The notes beneath the pieces are model-generated. The model was not told the origin of the DNA, searched no databases, and saw only the letters and a program-made list of their open reading frames with translations. The translations under genes and the position numbers were made by a program. From assembly GCA_035280065.1 (NCBI GenBank), contig DATEGO010000059.1, positions 16,888-80,887 of the forward strand: DNA of 64,000 nucleotides. The letters are read 5' to 3'. This document shows positions 30,812-40,950 of this stretch, piece by piece (the stretch's first letter is position 1; each line of letters opens with the position of its first letter). The stretch comes from Candidatus Acidiferrum sp. Its GTDB lineage: Bacteria; Acidobacteriota; Terriglobia; Acidiferrales; UBA7541.

Positions 30812-31714
30812 CTAGAGCCCTTTCGCCGCCCGGAACGCGCGCACCTCCGCCGCCGCATCCTGATGCTGCGCATCCACCGCATAATTAAGCTTACGAATGT
30901 CCCTTGCGGAAAGCTTGCCTCCTAGGTCCGCTAGCGCCGCACGCAGTTGCGGAAACCGTCCCAGCGTGGATTCGCGCACGATAGGCACGGCGTCATACGG
31001 CGGGAAATAATGCTGGTCGTCCTCCAGCGCCGCCAGTCCCAGCGCATCAATCAAACCGTCCGTTGAGTTCCCGGCAACCACGTCCACCTTGTAACCCACA
31101 AGCGCGCGATAAATCAGGCCGAGGTCCATCACTTTGGGCGGTTCCGCAAACTGTAAATGGTAACGATTGGAGAGTCCGGGGAATCCGTCTGGCCGCTCCA
31201 GAAACTCATAGCCCACGCCGACACGCCAATGCGGCGCGGCAGAAGCCAAATCAGAGAGTGTACGAATGCGCATTTTCTTAGCGTCGTCCCCGCGAATCAC
31301 CATCACAAAATTGTTTTCGAAGCCGAGCGGCTCCGTCACTTCCAATTGAAATTTTCCCGCATACTCTTCCTTGACCCTGTTGTAGACGTCGGCAGCAGTG
31401 CCTTGCGGTTTCTCGCTCAGGACTGCGGTCAAAGCCGTGCCCGTATATTCCACGTAGAGATCGAGATCGCCGGCCAACAGCGCTTTGTGGACCAGCAAAG
31501 TCCCGCCAAGATTCGTCTTGCGAACGACCGGAATTCCGGTTTTCGCCTCGATGTGCTGCGCTAAAAGTTCGGCCAGCACGACTTGCTCCGTGAAAAATTT
31601 TGAGCCGATCGTGATTTTGGATTGCTCCGATTTTTTGCAACCGAAAGCAAGAGGAAGAACTCCGGCGCAACACGCCCAGCAAAAAATCGCCCGCTGTAAG
31701 CGCCGCATCTTCAC
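30812..31714 (-). CDS. Quaternary-amine ABC transporter substrate-binding lipoprotein (OsmF/OpuBC/EgtU-like)
   Basis: Lipobox AFGC, IGSKFFTEQ, YVEYTGT, EFLERPDG, STDG, FPPY. Confidence 0.88.
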   Translation of the reverse strand: MKMRRLQRAIFCWACCAGVLPLAFGCKKSEQSKITIGSKFFTEQVVLAELLAQHIEAKTGIPVVRKTNLGGTLLVHKALLAGDLDLYVEYTGTALTAVLSEKPQGTAADVYNRVKEEYAGKFQLEVTEPLGFENNFVMVIRGDDAKKMRIRTLSDLASAAPHWRVGVGYEFLERPDGFPGLSNRYHLQFAEPPKVMDLGLIYRALVGYKVDVVAGNSTDGLIDALGLAALEDDQHYFPPYDAVPIVRESTLGRFPQLRAALADLGGKLSARDIRKLNYAVDAQHQDAAAEVRAFRAAKGL

Positions 31715-32355
31715 ACGACCCTCACTCTCCGTTCGAGCAGGCCGAGCAGAAAATCTGCGATAAGCGCTAGCAGCGCCGCCGGAATCGCTCCCGCAAGAAT
31801 CAGGGAATCACTCACCAGCGCCACGCCGCGAAAAATAAACGTCCCCAGTCCACCCGCCCCTATGGCCGCCGCAATCGTCGCGATACCAATCGTGATGATC
31901 GTGGCCGTGCGAATGCCCGCAAGGATGATGGACAGCGCCAGCGGGAAACGCACGCGAAATAGAATTTGCGCCGAAGTCATGCCCATCGCTTCCGCAGCTT
32001 CCAGAACCGCAGAATCGATACCTGAAAGCCCTACATAGGTGTTCCGCAGAATCGGCAGAAGCGCATAGAGCACCAACGCGACAATCGCCGTGCGCTTTCC
32101 GATGCCGCCGATGAAGGGAGTGGGAATCAGAAACCCAAAAAGTGCCAGGCTCGGTATGGTTTGAAAAACGTTGGCAACACCGATCGAGAACGCCCGAAGA
32201 ACCGGCCGCTCCACGATAAACATCCCCAGCGGAACGGCAATCAACATGGCGATCACCATGGAAATCAGAACGAGCTCGAGGTGATCCAATGTCGCGCTCA
32301 AGATTTCCACGCGGTGCTCCGCGAAGAAAGACCAGTCGCCTAAGCCTGCGCTCAT
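31711..32355 (-). CDS. Quaternary-amine ABC transporter permease
   Basis: QTIPSLAL, YALLPILRNT, EAAEAMGM (EAA loop), IGAGGLG. Confidence 0.9.
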   Translation of the reverse strand: MSAGLGDWSFFAEHRVEILSATLDHLELVLISMVIAMLIAVPLGMFIVERPVLRAFSIGVANVFQTIPSLALFGFLIPTPFIGGIGKRTAIVALVLYALLPILRNTYVGLSGIDSAVLEAAEAMGMTSAQILFRVRFPLALSIILAGIRTATIITIGIATIAAAIGAGGLGTFIFRGVALVSDSLILAGAIPAALLALIADFLLGLLERRVRVV

Positions 32356-33134
32356 GCCGGCACCCCAGGGCCAGTTTCGAGTGAAGCGGCAAACGCGCGC
32401 ACTTCCTGGTGCTCCAGCTGCAGAAATTCTTGCGGAGGCGCGACCGCAACAATCCGCCCTGCCTCCAAAAGCACAATGCGCGACGCCAGCAGCAGCGCTT
32501 CCCGCAAATCATGCGTAACAAAAACGATCGTTTTCCCCAGCCGCTGTGCCAGCGCGCGAAATTCGCGCTGCAGCTCAGCACGCGTTACTGGATCGAGCTC
32601 GCCAAAGGGCTCATCCATCAGCAGAATCGGCGGGTCCGCCGCCAGTGCGCGCGCCACACCTACACGCTGCCGCTGCCCACCGGAAAGTTCGCGAGGCCGC
32701 CGCCCCGAAAACTCGCTAGGCTCCAGCCCCACAAGTCGCAGCAACTCGCCTACGCGCGCCTCTGTGCGACCGCGCTCCCATTTCTCCAGCGAAGGAACCA
32801 GCGCGACGTTTTCCGCCACCGTGAAATGCGGAAACAAACCGGCCTCTTGTATAACGTATCCGATTCCTCGCCGCAGCCGAATCGGATCCCAATCCACCGT
32901 AGCCCGCCCCTGGACCAAAACCTGTCCCTGGGACGGCAGCAACATGGCGTTAATCAACCGCAGCAATGTCGTCTTCCCGCTGCCGCTCCTTCCAAGGAGA
33001 ACCACCGTTTCCCCGGCGGGAACACCGAGCGAGACCCGAGAAATGACCTCGCGTCCAGGAATATCGTTTATGTGGAACGATACGTCCCGAAATTCGATCA
33101 AACTCCCCAAAGAATTATTTATCTTCGCATTCAT
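32352..33134 (-). CDS. Quaternary-amine ABC transporter ATP-binding protein
   Basis: GRSGSGKTT, LRRGIGYVIQ, LSGGQRQR, LLMDEPFG, FVTHD. Confidence 0.92.
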   Translation of the reverse strand: MNAKINNSLGSLIEFRDVSFHINDIPGREVISRVSLGVPAGETVVLLGRSGSGKTTLLRLINAMLLPSQGQVLVQGRATVDWDPIRLRRGIGYVIQEAGLFPHFTVAENVALVPSLEKWERGRTEARVGELLRLVGLEPSEFSGRRPRELSGGQRQRVGVARALAADPPILLMDEPFGELDPVTRAELQREFRALAQRLGKTIVFVTHDLREALLLASRIVLLEAGRIVAVAPPQEFLQLEHQEVRAFAASLETGPGVPA

Positions 33135-33248
33135 TTCGGTTGACAGCCCCAAATCCCGGCGGGAACATAGTAATGTAGTTCGCCTCCCGACGCCGATTTT
33201 TGGCGCATCCTTCGCTGGGGCCTTGCATCAAAAGAAGGGGAACACGCC

Positions 33249-34607
33249 ATGGGAGCACTCGCCGCAATTGCTGTCCGCATTCGCCACGATCTCCATACCC
33301 GCATACTGAAAGCCCGCGCGCGCACCGATGAACTTTTTCAATTGGTCCGCGAAGAGGCCCTTTACGATAGGCCCATCGCCGAGCGACACCGTATCATTTT
33401 TTATGTGGGCCACGTCGAAGCCTTTGACTGGAACCTCCTCTCGCAGCGCGCTTTCGGTCTCCGTTCCTTTCATCGAACCTTCGATCAACTTTTCGCCTTC
33501 GGAATCGACCCTGTTAGCGGCGGACTGCCAACCGACACTCCGGAAGATTGGCCTACTCGGCAGGAAATCCAGCGTTACAACACACGCCTGCGCGAAGAAC
33601 TCGACCACGCCATCGAACACGCGCTCGAGCGTCCCGAAGAAGGCCATCCACAATTGATGCAAATGCTCCACGTCGCTGTCGAGCATCGCCTGATGCATGC
33701 AGAAACGCTCGCCTACATGCTGCACCGCTTGCCCACAAGCAAAAAGGTTTGTCCGCCGCAGAAAATGGCATGGAAAGCTCCGCATGTGAAGTCGCACCTC
33801 GTCGAAATTCCCGCAGGGGGCGCGACGCTGGGGTTGCGGCATTCAGACGAACGCCAAAATGCCCTCGAAAATGAACTTGGGTTTGGTTGGGACAACGAGT
33901 TTGCCGCTCACGAAGTAGCCGTTCCTGGGTTCGCCATCGAGAGTCATAACGTTACAAACCATGATTTCCTGCGTTTTATGCAGGCCGGCGGCTACGAAAA
34001 CCGCGGGCTCTGGACTCCCGAAGGCTGGGCCTGGAGAACCAAAGAGAATATCCAGCATCCAATATTCTGGAAGGCGGACGGCAATCTCTGGATGCTTCGC
34101 ACCATGTTTGGCGAAATGCGCCTCCATCAGGAATGGCCCGTGTACGTGAGTCACGCAGAAGCCACCGCTTACGCAAATTGGCTCGGCCGCAAGCTCCCCA
34201 CCGAAGCGCAATTCCATCGCGCCGCTTATGGCGCGCCGAAGACCGAGGAGGAGCGTCTTTATCCCTGGGGCAACGAGCCACCAAAGGAACGCCACGGCAA
34301 TTTTGATTTTCGCTCCTGGGATCCGTCACCGGTTGGTTCGTATCCTGCCGGTGCCAGCGCTTTCGGCGTTTACGATCTCGTCGGAAACGGCTGGGAATGG
34401 ACGCGTACGGAGTTCGCGCCCTTTCCGGGATTTACGTCGATGCCCTTTTATCCGGGCTATTCCGCAAATTTCTTCGACGGCAAGCACTATGTCGCGAAAG
34501 GCGGTTCACCCCGCACCGCCGCGTGCATGCTGCGCCGTTCATTCCGCAACTGGTTTCAGCCGTATTACCCGTACATTTACGCAACGTTCCGTTGCGTCGA
34601 GGACTAA
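33249..34607 (+). CDS. egtB: EgtB/OvoA-family non-heme iron sulfoxide synthase (DinB_2 + FGE-sulfatase domains)
   Basis: IFYVGH, EHRLMHAE (HxxxHxE), FGWDNE, LPTEAQ, GNGWEWT, RNWF; adjacent to egtD. Confidence 0.82.
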   Translation: MGALAAIAVRIRHDLHTRILKARARTDELFQLVREEALYDRPIAERHRIIFYVGHVEAFDWNLLSQRAFGLRSFHRTFDQLFAFGIDPVSGGLPTDTPEDWPTRQEIQRYNTRLREELDHAIEHALERPEEGHPQLMQMLHVAVEHRLMHAETLAYMLHRLPTSKKVCPPQKMAWKAPHVKSHLVEIPAGGATLGLRHSDERQNALENELGFGWDNEFAAHEVAVPGFAIESHNVTNHDFLRFMQAGGYENRGLWTPEGWAWRTKENIQHPIFWKADGNLWMLRTMFGEMRLHQEWPVYVSHAEATAYANWLGRKLPTEAQFHRAAYGAPKTEEERLYPWGNEPPKERHGNFDFRSWDPSPVGSYPAGASAFGVYDLVGNGWEWTRTEFAPFPGFTSMPFYPGYSANFFDGKHYVAKGGSPRTAACMLRRSFRNWFQPYYPYIYATFRCVED

Positions 34608-34645
34608 GCACCACCGGCTCAGATCCAGCCCGGGAGAGAGAACGA

Positions 34646-35614
34646 ATGGAGATGCCTGCCTCAACGCTACAGCACGTGTCGGAATTCGCGGCCGAGGTGC
34701 GCGAAAGCCTCACCAAGCCCGGCCAGCGCGAGCTCCCCTCAAAATATTTGTACGACGAAGTCGGCTCCGCGCTGTTTGAGGCCATCTGCGCGCTTCCGGA
34801 ATACGGATTGACGCGCGCGGACACGCGGTTGTTACAGGAAAACGCGGCCGAAATGGTGTCGCGCGTCCCCTCGCCGGTGCGCGTGGCGGAACTTGGCAGC
34901 GGCTCGGGAAAAAAGACGCGCTGGATTCTCGAAGCCCTGGCTCGCCGCCAGATGACGTATTACTATCCCATCGAAATTTCCCCTCATGCGCTGGCAGCAT
35001 GCGAAAAAGAGGTGGGGCAAATCGATCTGGTCAGCGTGGTGGGATACGAGCAACCCTATCTCGAGGGTTTGCGGTCCGTTGCGAAAGGACGCAGCGAGCG
35101 CGACCACATCCTGGTCCTGTTTCTTGGCAGCACCATCGGCAATTTCGACCGCGACGCGGGTGACGCGTTTTTGCGCGAAGTGCGCGCGACGTTGCGCCCC
35201 GCCGATGCCTTGCTGCTCGGCACCGACTTGGAGAAAGCCGTCGAGTTGCAACTCCTGGCTTACGACGATCCCGCCGGCGTGACCGCGGCTTTCAATTTGA
35301 ACCTGCTATCGCGCATCAACCGCGAACTCGGTGCGGATTTTGATTTGACCTGCTTCCGCCACGAAGCGCGCTGGAATTACGCGGACCACCGCATCGAAAT
35401 GCACTTGCGCTCTACCTGCCGCCAGAGCGTGCGCATTCCCGCGGCGAACCTGCGCGTCGTCCTTAACGAAGACGAAACCATTTGGACTGAAAGCTCCCAC
35501 AAGTACAAAGCCGAGGAAATTCCCGAAATAGCCGAGCGCAGCGGCTTCCGCTGCGACGCCCAGTGGATCGACTCCGAGTGGCCCTTCGCCCAAAACCTCC
35601 TAATTGCAGTCTGA
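34646..35614 (+). CDS. egtD: L-histidine N-alpha-trimethyltransferase
   Basis: LPSKYLYDEVGS.LFE.I..LPEY, ELGSGS, FLGSTIGN, AYDD..GVTAAFN, TESSHKY. Confidence 0.92.
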   Translation: MEMPASTLQHVSEFAAEVRESLTKPGQRELPSKYLYDEVGSALFEAICALPEYGLTRADTRLLQENAAEMVSRVPSPVRVAELGSGSGKKTRWILEALARRQMTYYYPIEISPHALAACEKEVGQIDLVSVVGYEQPYLEGLRSVAKGRSERDHILVLFLGSTIGNFDRDAGDAFLREVRATLRPADALLLGTDLEKAVELQLLAYDDPAGVTAAFNLNLLSRINRELGADFDLTCFRHEARWNYADHRIEMHLRSTCRQSVRIPAANLRVVLNEDETIWTESSHKYKAEEIPEIAERSGFRCDAQWIDSEWPFAQNLLIAV

Positions 35615-35696
35615 CCGTAGCAAGTCACTCTTGAGTGTGCCCTACTTGCCTTTCAATTTGTAGCAAACACGGACTGAGGTGAATACTCGAGATGCG

Positions 35697-37844
35697 CTAG
35701 AACGTTTCGAGGCGCCAGACGAGGCGGGTGGACCAGACTTTTTGGGTGGTGAGCGGCGGATGCCAGACGGCGAGAATCTGCGAGCCTTGGTAGACGCGCT
35801 CGAAACCTTCTTCGGACTCAGAGACAGTTTCAACCGGCGCGACCCAGAATCCTTCCGACAAGGGCGCATGCAAAGCGACCCGAACGCGCTGCCAGCCGTC
35901 TTCCATGCGCAGGATGGGCGCGGGCAGTGTGCCGCTGAAACGAAGATTCGTGGGGCCGCTGGGAGTTTCAAAAAAGCGGTCCGGCTCGGTGGGCGCGAGA
36001 AAATTGATGATGGATTCGATCCCTACGGCCACGGGCTTTTCCAGAAGTTTCTTGAACTTGAGCTGGATTTCGCAAGCGACTTCGAAACCATTAGGGTACG
36101 GATTGAAAGAAAAGCTTTTAAAGAGCAGGAGCCGCGGCGCCGCCGCTTTGGATTTGTCGTGGACAAGCAGGGAATCCGCGCAGAAGAGATCCGCACTGGC
36201 AGAAGCGGAATTTTTTACGGTGTAAGCGCTGCCGGCAAAGGCGGCGTCTTCGCACAGCTCGAGAGTTTCGTAATCGGCCTGCGTGCGCGACGGATCGAAA
36301 ATCAGGATGCGGAACGCGTGGCGCGGCCAGCGGTCATAGCGAAGAAAGCGCTCGAGGCCGGGCTCCTTGACGCGCGTTTGCTCGTGAATGGAAACAGCTG
36401 TGCTGCCAGCGGCAACTCCTGCGGCTTCGCGCAAGCGCGTGTGATAAGCCTCCGGGCGGCGGAAAATGGAATTGATGAGTGTTGCCGCCGCAGGACGAAA
36501 ATCGAGCGCAGCAATGGTGCCGCCGTCGCTGGGTTTCAAGAGCGCCTGAAATTCCGGCGAGGTGAAAAGCAATTCGCTCGCGCCATCCGCGTCGTAGTCG
36601 AGCATTTCCACGCGAGGAGCGGACCCTCCGGGGGTGAGGCGGTCGGCAATCGCTTCCGCGCGAATGAGGTTGCGCGCGGGATCGCTGCGGAGATGCGGCG
36701 CGTAAATGCCGCCGAAAATGCCATGCCAGTAGGCGTCATTGCACTGCGCTCGTAAGAGCAAATCACGCGCTTGCGCGAGGTCCGCAGCCTGCTTCTCGCG
36801 GTCGTCACAACCAGGACCGGCGGAGGCGGCAGCCATGCGCGCCGAAGCGTGCAGCATTTTTTTGTGCAGCAGATTGGACTCAGGGTACTTGCGAAAAAAG
36901 CCGCGCCAAGAGCCGCCGCGCAGGAAAGCAAGCACTTCCGGTCGCGGACTGAATTCCTGCAACACGGTGTGGAAGCGCTGCCTCACACGCGTAGGAAAGA
37001 CCCACTCCATCATTTCGGTATAGGAAGCGGTGGGAAGATCAGCGCGACCCAGGGGAGAATGCGAAGCCAGATATTCGCTAGGAGTACATACGTTGAGCCA
37101 ATCCGAGTTTTCCTCAAGCGCGGCAAAGAAATCCGAGAGCCAGCCATCTTCGTAACAGAGTTTGTGCGTGCCCGGCCAGACGCCAAACTTTTCCATGTCG
37201 TCGCCCATGGCCGCCACGCCGCCCGGATGAACGCTGGCAGCTTCGCGCAAAAAGGTGATCACCTCTTCGACTTTGCCAAAGGGGACGATGTAGCGCAGCT
37301 TCTTCTGGCCCGGATAGAGCGACACGCTTTTGCCACGATCTTCGGCAATGTAAGCGCCAAAGAGTTCTTCCGGCTCAAACCCGGCGGCGAGGAAGTGCAT
37401 GTCATCCACAAGCGTGTAAGCGACATTGGCGTTGGCAAGCGCCGTAGGAAGTTGCGGCTCCCAGACGCGCTCGGCGAGCCAGGCGCCGGAGGGCCGCCGC
37501 CCAAAATGTTTCTCGATGTAGCTAGCCAAGCGCGTGATCTGCTCGCACTGGTCTTCCGACGGGATGGACACGAGAATCGGTTCGTAGAACCCGCCGCCGA
37601 CCAGTTCAACCTGTCGGCTTTGGACCATGTTTTTCAGTCGGTCAAAATATTCGGGGCGATGCTTTTCGAGCCAGGTGAGAAGCGGGCCGGAATAATGAAG
37701 ACCGAGGTGGACGTCAGGATATTTTTCAAGTTGCTGCAAAAACGGGAGATAAGAGTCATCGTACGCTTTTTCAAGAACATGTTCGAAATTGCCGCAGGGC
37801 TGGTGAGCATGAATAAGAAGAGCAAGATGGAAGTTCTGCGGCAT
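35697..37844 (-). CDS. GH57 alpha-amylase/4-alpha-glucanotransferase
   Basis: HAHQP, GGFYEPIL, WLAERVWEP (catalytic Glu), GDDMEKFG (catalytic Asp), QCNDAYWHG. Confidence 0.92.
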   Translation of the reverse strand: MPQNFHLALLIHAHQPCGNFEHVLEKAYDDSYLPFLQQLEKYPDVHLGLHYSGPLLTWLEKHRPEYFDRLKNMVQSRQVELVGGGFYEPILVSIPSEDQCEQITRLASYIEKHFGRRPSGAWLAERVWEPQLPTALANANVAYTLVDDMHFLAAGFEPEELFGAYIAEDRGKSVSLYPGQKKLRYIVPFGKVEEVITFLREAASVHPGGVAAMGDDMEKFGVWPGTHKLCYEDGWLSDFFAALEENSDWLNVCTPSEYLASHSPLGRADLPTASYTEMMEWVFPTRVRQRFHTVLQEFSPRPEVLAFLRGGSWRGFFRKYPESNLLHKKMLHASARMAAASAGPGCDDREKQAADLAQARDLLLRAQCNDAYWHGIFGGIYAPHLRSDPARNLIRAEAIADRLTPGGSAPRVEMLDYDADGASELLFTSPEFQALLKPSDGGTIAALDFRPAAATLINSIFRRPEAYHTRLREAAGVAAGSTAVSIHEQTRVKEPGLERFLRYDRWPRHAFRILIFDPSRTQADYETLELCEDAAFAGSAYTVKNSASASADLFCADSLLVHDKSKAAAPRLLLFKSFSFNPYPNGFEVACEIQLKFKKLLEKPVAVGIESIINFLAPTEPDRFFETPSGPTNLRFSGTLPAPILRMEDGWQRVRVALHAPLSEGFWVAPVETVSESEEGFERVYQGSQILAVWHPPLTTQKVWSTRLVWRLETF

Positions 37845-37959
37845 GGGGACAGTTTTCTTCTTTCTTCTTGTCTCTACCATGATAGCAAGCCGCGCAAGTT
37901 TATGAATTTAAACCCCCGATGGGACGCAACCGATATGCAAGGGTGAGGCGCGTTACAGA

Positions 37960-39741
37960 TCAGGGCGCGCTGTGCTTGAGGATCCACTCGGAAACGAAGG
38001 TGAGGGCTTCGGGGGCGAAGGTCTCCTGGATACCGCCATATTCGGTGGGCGAGCCAGTGGGGGCATGCTGGAAGAGATGGTTCAGGCCGGCAAATTCATG
38101 CGTCTGAAAATCCTTGTTGCCGCCTTCCCGAAGCGCTTTCTCAATCTGAGCAAGATTTTCCTTCGAGGCAATCTGCAAATCTTTGTCGCCGTTGAGGGCC
38201 AGAACCGGGCACTGCGTTTTCTTCAGCGCGGGGACGGGATCGTAATCGAGAAAGAAGCGAAACCAGGGCGAAGTCATCATGCGGGCCTGAGGCTTGAGTG
38301 TTGTCGGAGGCAACGTGGTGCTCATGCCGGTAGAATCGACGAGATCCGTTAGCTTGGCTTCGAGGACTTCCGGGTCTTTCTCTTTTCGCGCCAGAGCGTA
38401 AGACTGCAAATTGAAGTCGCGCGCCTTGGCGATGCGGTCGTCGTCGAAGCCGGCGGCCTTCAGAATTAGCTCAGCCTGCAGAAGCATGATTTGCTCGCCT
38501 TTTAAGCTAGGAGCTGCCAGCAGGACCACCCAGGCTACGTCCGAAGAGCGCGAGGCAATCATTGGGGCGATCAGCCCACCCTCGCTGTGGCCGACGAGGC
38601 CGATTTTCCTCGCGTTGATTTCTCTGCGCGACCTCAAGTAGTCGAGCGCGGTCGCCGTGTCGCTGGCGAAGTCTTCGGTAGTGGCCTGATCGTAACTGCC
38701 AGTGGACTTGCCGATGCCACGCTTGTCAAAGCGAAGAACGGCTATGCCTTTGCGCGTAAGATGGTCGGCGAGCACGAAAAAAGGACGATGCCCAGCGACA
38801 TTCTCGTCGCGATCGTGCGGTCCAGAGCCGGCGATGAGAATGGCAGCGGGGAATGGCCCTTGCCCCGAGGGGAGCGTGAGTGTTCCGGCGAGCGAAATTT
38901 GCGCTTTCGAATTCGCAAAAGTGACTTCCTCTTCGCGATAAGGATAAGGTTTCTTGGGATTTTGTGGCCGCACCAACTCGACCAGCTGATCGGAGCGTTG
39001 AAAATTCAAATTGTGCGTGATGCCGCCCTGCGTCCAGTTTCCGGTGATGGCGGATTTCGCGGCGTTCAGGTTGCCTTCGTAAACGCCCTGCACGATGGGG
39101 ATTTCAAAGTGAAAGACAGTCAGCTTCTGCCTGACGTTGACGGCCGGGAGCCCGGTGATGCTTTGATCGGGACTGTCCAGCGCCGCAACAAGATGCTTTT
39201 CATCGTCGTGACTGACGTGCAATTGAAAACGCAAACGGAGCCCGTTGGCTTCCATCGCGCCCTGCCATATCCCTTCCACGCTGAACACGGCATCGCCCGG
39301 CTTTTTCGCTCCAGCGCCGGGGGCCTGACGATGGAAGGCAAGAGGAAGCCCGACATTGCCCTGCGACCACGTGCCTTGAATCCCGGCGTGGTCCGCAGCG
39401 AATTTCCCTTCGAATTGAGCGCCGACGGAGGAAACACTGAAGCGGACGTCGGATTCGTTTTGTGTCAAAGCCGTGACTTCAATTCCGTAGACGCCTTGAT
39501 CGAGGCTATCGATAGTAGCTTTGAGTGCGCCGTCTGGTGATTTGGAGACATGGAGCACGAGATGCAGAACCGCCTCGCCCGCCTCAAGGGAACCGGCCCA
39601 GTTGCCTTCGAGTGTGGCCTGGCCATGTGAAAGCTGTGTTTTGTGATTTACCGGCGCCTGGGCGTCGGATGCTGGAGAGAAAACCACAAAGAAAAGCAGA
39701 AGTGCGAGCGCTGCTGCAAAGCAACTGCGAATGACCTTCAA
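37960..39741 (-). CDS. Exported alpha/beta hydrolase with two N-terminal beta-rich repeats; start approximate
   Basis: Two G.W.G.L...DS.DQ...G.W.QG repeats; RPQNPKKPYPY; GSGPHDRD; GHSEGG nucleophile; LNHLFQ. Confidence 0.88.
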   Translation of the reverse strand: MKVIRSCFAAALALLLFFVVFSPASDAQAPVNHKTQLSHGQATLEGNWAGSLEAGEAVLHLVLHVSKSPDGALKATIDSLDQGVYGIEVTALTQNESDVRFSVSSVGAQFEGKFAADHAGIQGTWSQGNVGLPLAFHRQAPGAGAKKPGDAVFSVEGIWQGAMEANGLRLRFQLHVSHDDEKHLVAALDSPDQSITGLPAVNVRQKLTVFHFEIPIVQGVYEGNLNAAKSAITGNWTQGGITHNLNFQRSDQLVELVRPQNPKKPYPYREEEVTFANSKAQISLAGTLTLPSGQGPFPAAILIAGSGPHDRDENVAGHRPFFVLADHLTRKGIAVLRFDKRGIGKSTGSYDQATTEDFASDTATALDYLRSRREINARKIGLVGHSEGGLIAPMIASRSSDVAWVVLLAAPSLKGEQIMLLQAELILKAAGFDDDRIAKARDFNLQSYALARKEKDPEVLEAKLTDLVDSTGMSTTLPPTTLKPQARMMTSPWFRFFLDYDPVPALKKTQCPVLALNGDKDLQIASKENLAQIEKALREGGNKDFQTHEFAGLNHLFQHAPTGSPTEYGGIQETFAPEALTFVSEWILKHSAP

Positions 39742-39899
39742 GCAAAACCTCCCCCAGGGGCGGATTCCGTAATAGATGATTTTACGAAGAAAAAAGTTGG
39801 CGCGTTGCCTGAAGTGATCGCGCGGACGAGAAAAAAAACGGCACGCTAAAACGTGCCGCCAGAATTCCTCGGACAAAGACCCGCCTGCGGAAAGATCTC

Positions 39900-40169
39900 T
39901 TACTTTCCTCGCTTGGCGTACCAGTCGGCGTTGACGGGCGTGAAGCTGGCCCACTTTTCCGGCAAATCTTCCAGCGCGAAAATGGCGGTCACCGGGCAGA
40001 CCGGGACGCAGGCGCCGCAATCGATGCATTCGGTCGGATGGATGTACAGCTGGGTTTCCGCGGCGAACTCCGCCTCATCCTTGCGTGGGTGGATGCAGTC
40101 CACCGGGCAGACATCCACACAGGCGGTGTCCTTAGTGCCGATGCAAGGCTCGGCGATCACGTAGGCCAT
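39900..40169 (-). CDS. Ferredoxin (FdxA-like dicluster type)
   Basis: YVIAEPC...CVDVCPVDCI...CIDCGACVPVCP. Confidence 0.93.
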   Translation of the reverse strand: MAYVIAEPCIGTKDTACVDVCPVDCIHPRKDEAEFAAETQLYIHPTECIDCGACVPVCPVTAIFALEDLPEKWASFTPVNADWYAKRGK

Positions 40170-40347
40170 TCGAGGTCTCCTTTATCAAACTTCAGCCGGG
40201 GCTTCAGCGGAATCGGCACGACCGGCAAAAAACTCCTTATACCATGAGGCCGCGGGCAGCGACAAGCGGCTACGGCTCATTGTACGCGGGGCGAATGAGT
40301 TTCTCAACCAGAGGACAATAGATAGAATGGGGGTGAGAGGAACGAAC

Positions 40348-40884
40348 ATGAGATTGCGAAATGGGATGGCGGTTCTCTGTTTTCTGGCTGCCGCGACTGC
40401 GTTGGCGGCATTTGCTGCGCCGCAAACGGCGAAAGCACCTGTGCGGCGCGATCCTGAACTGATTGACGCGCAGGGATATCAGAAACTGGTGCAGCAGTAT
40501 CGCGGAAAGCCGCTATTGGTGAACTTCTGGGCGACCTGGTGCGAACCCTGCCGCGACGAATACCCCATGTTGAACGAACTGGCCAAGCAATATGGCCCCC
40601 AGGGATTGAAAGTCGTAGGCGTGAACATGGATCAGGACGGCGACTTAATCCTGATGAGGCGGTTCATTGTCCGCTATAAGCCCATATTCCCCAATTACCG
40701 GAGGAAGCCAGCGGAAGCGGAAGAGCCGTTTCGCTTGGCGGTGCTGCCGGGATGGAGTGGGTCCCTGCCCATTTCTATCTTTTACGGGAAAGACGGACGA
40801 CCAGCGGCAAATTTTGTTGGCGAGAAGAATCGCGAAGCGTATGAGGGAGCGATTCGCTCGCTGCTCAATTCGGGGGCGAATTAA
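40348..40884 (+). CDS. TlpA-family thiol:disulfide oxidoreductase
   Basis: LLVNFWATWCEPC, cis-Pro region SLP; signal peptide. Confidence 0.88.
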   Translation: MRLRNGMAVLCFLAAATALAAFAAPQTAKAPVRRDPELIDAQGYQKLVQQYRGKPLLVNFWATWCEPCRDEYPMLNELAKQYGPQGLKVVGVNMDQDGDLILMRRFIVRYKPIFPNYRRKPAEAEEPFRLAVLPGWSGSLPISIFYGKDGRPAANFVGEKNREAYEGAIRSLLNSGAN

Positions 40885-40950
40885 TCGCCGATTCGGCGGG
40901 CTCAACTTCGCCACGATTGTTTCGCCTGAGGTTCTTCTCGGAGGACATTT

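Noticed and set aside
33249-35614. Selenoneine (senABC) cluster
   Set aside because: No selenophosphate synthetase or SenB glycosyltransferase in the window
35679-37946. Two long plus-strand ORFs (358 and 391 aa)
   Set aside because: Antisense shadows of the GH57 gene
39742-40029. N-terminal extension of the alpha/beta hydrolase ORF
   Set aside because: Overlaps the ferredoxin gene; the signal peptide begins near 39741
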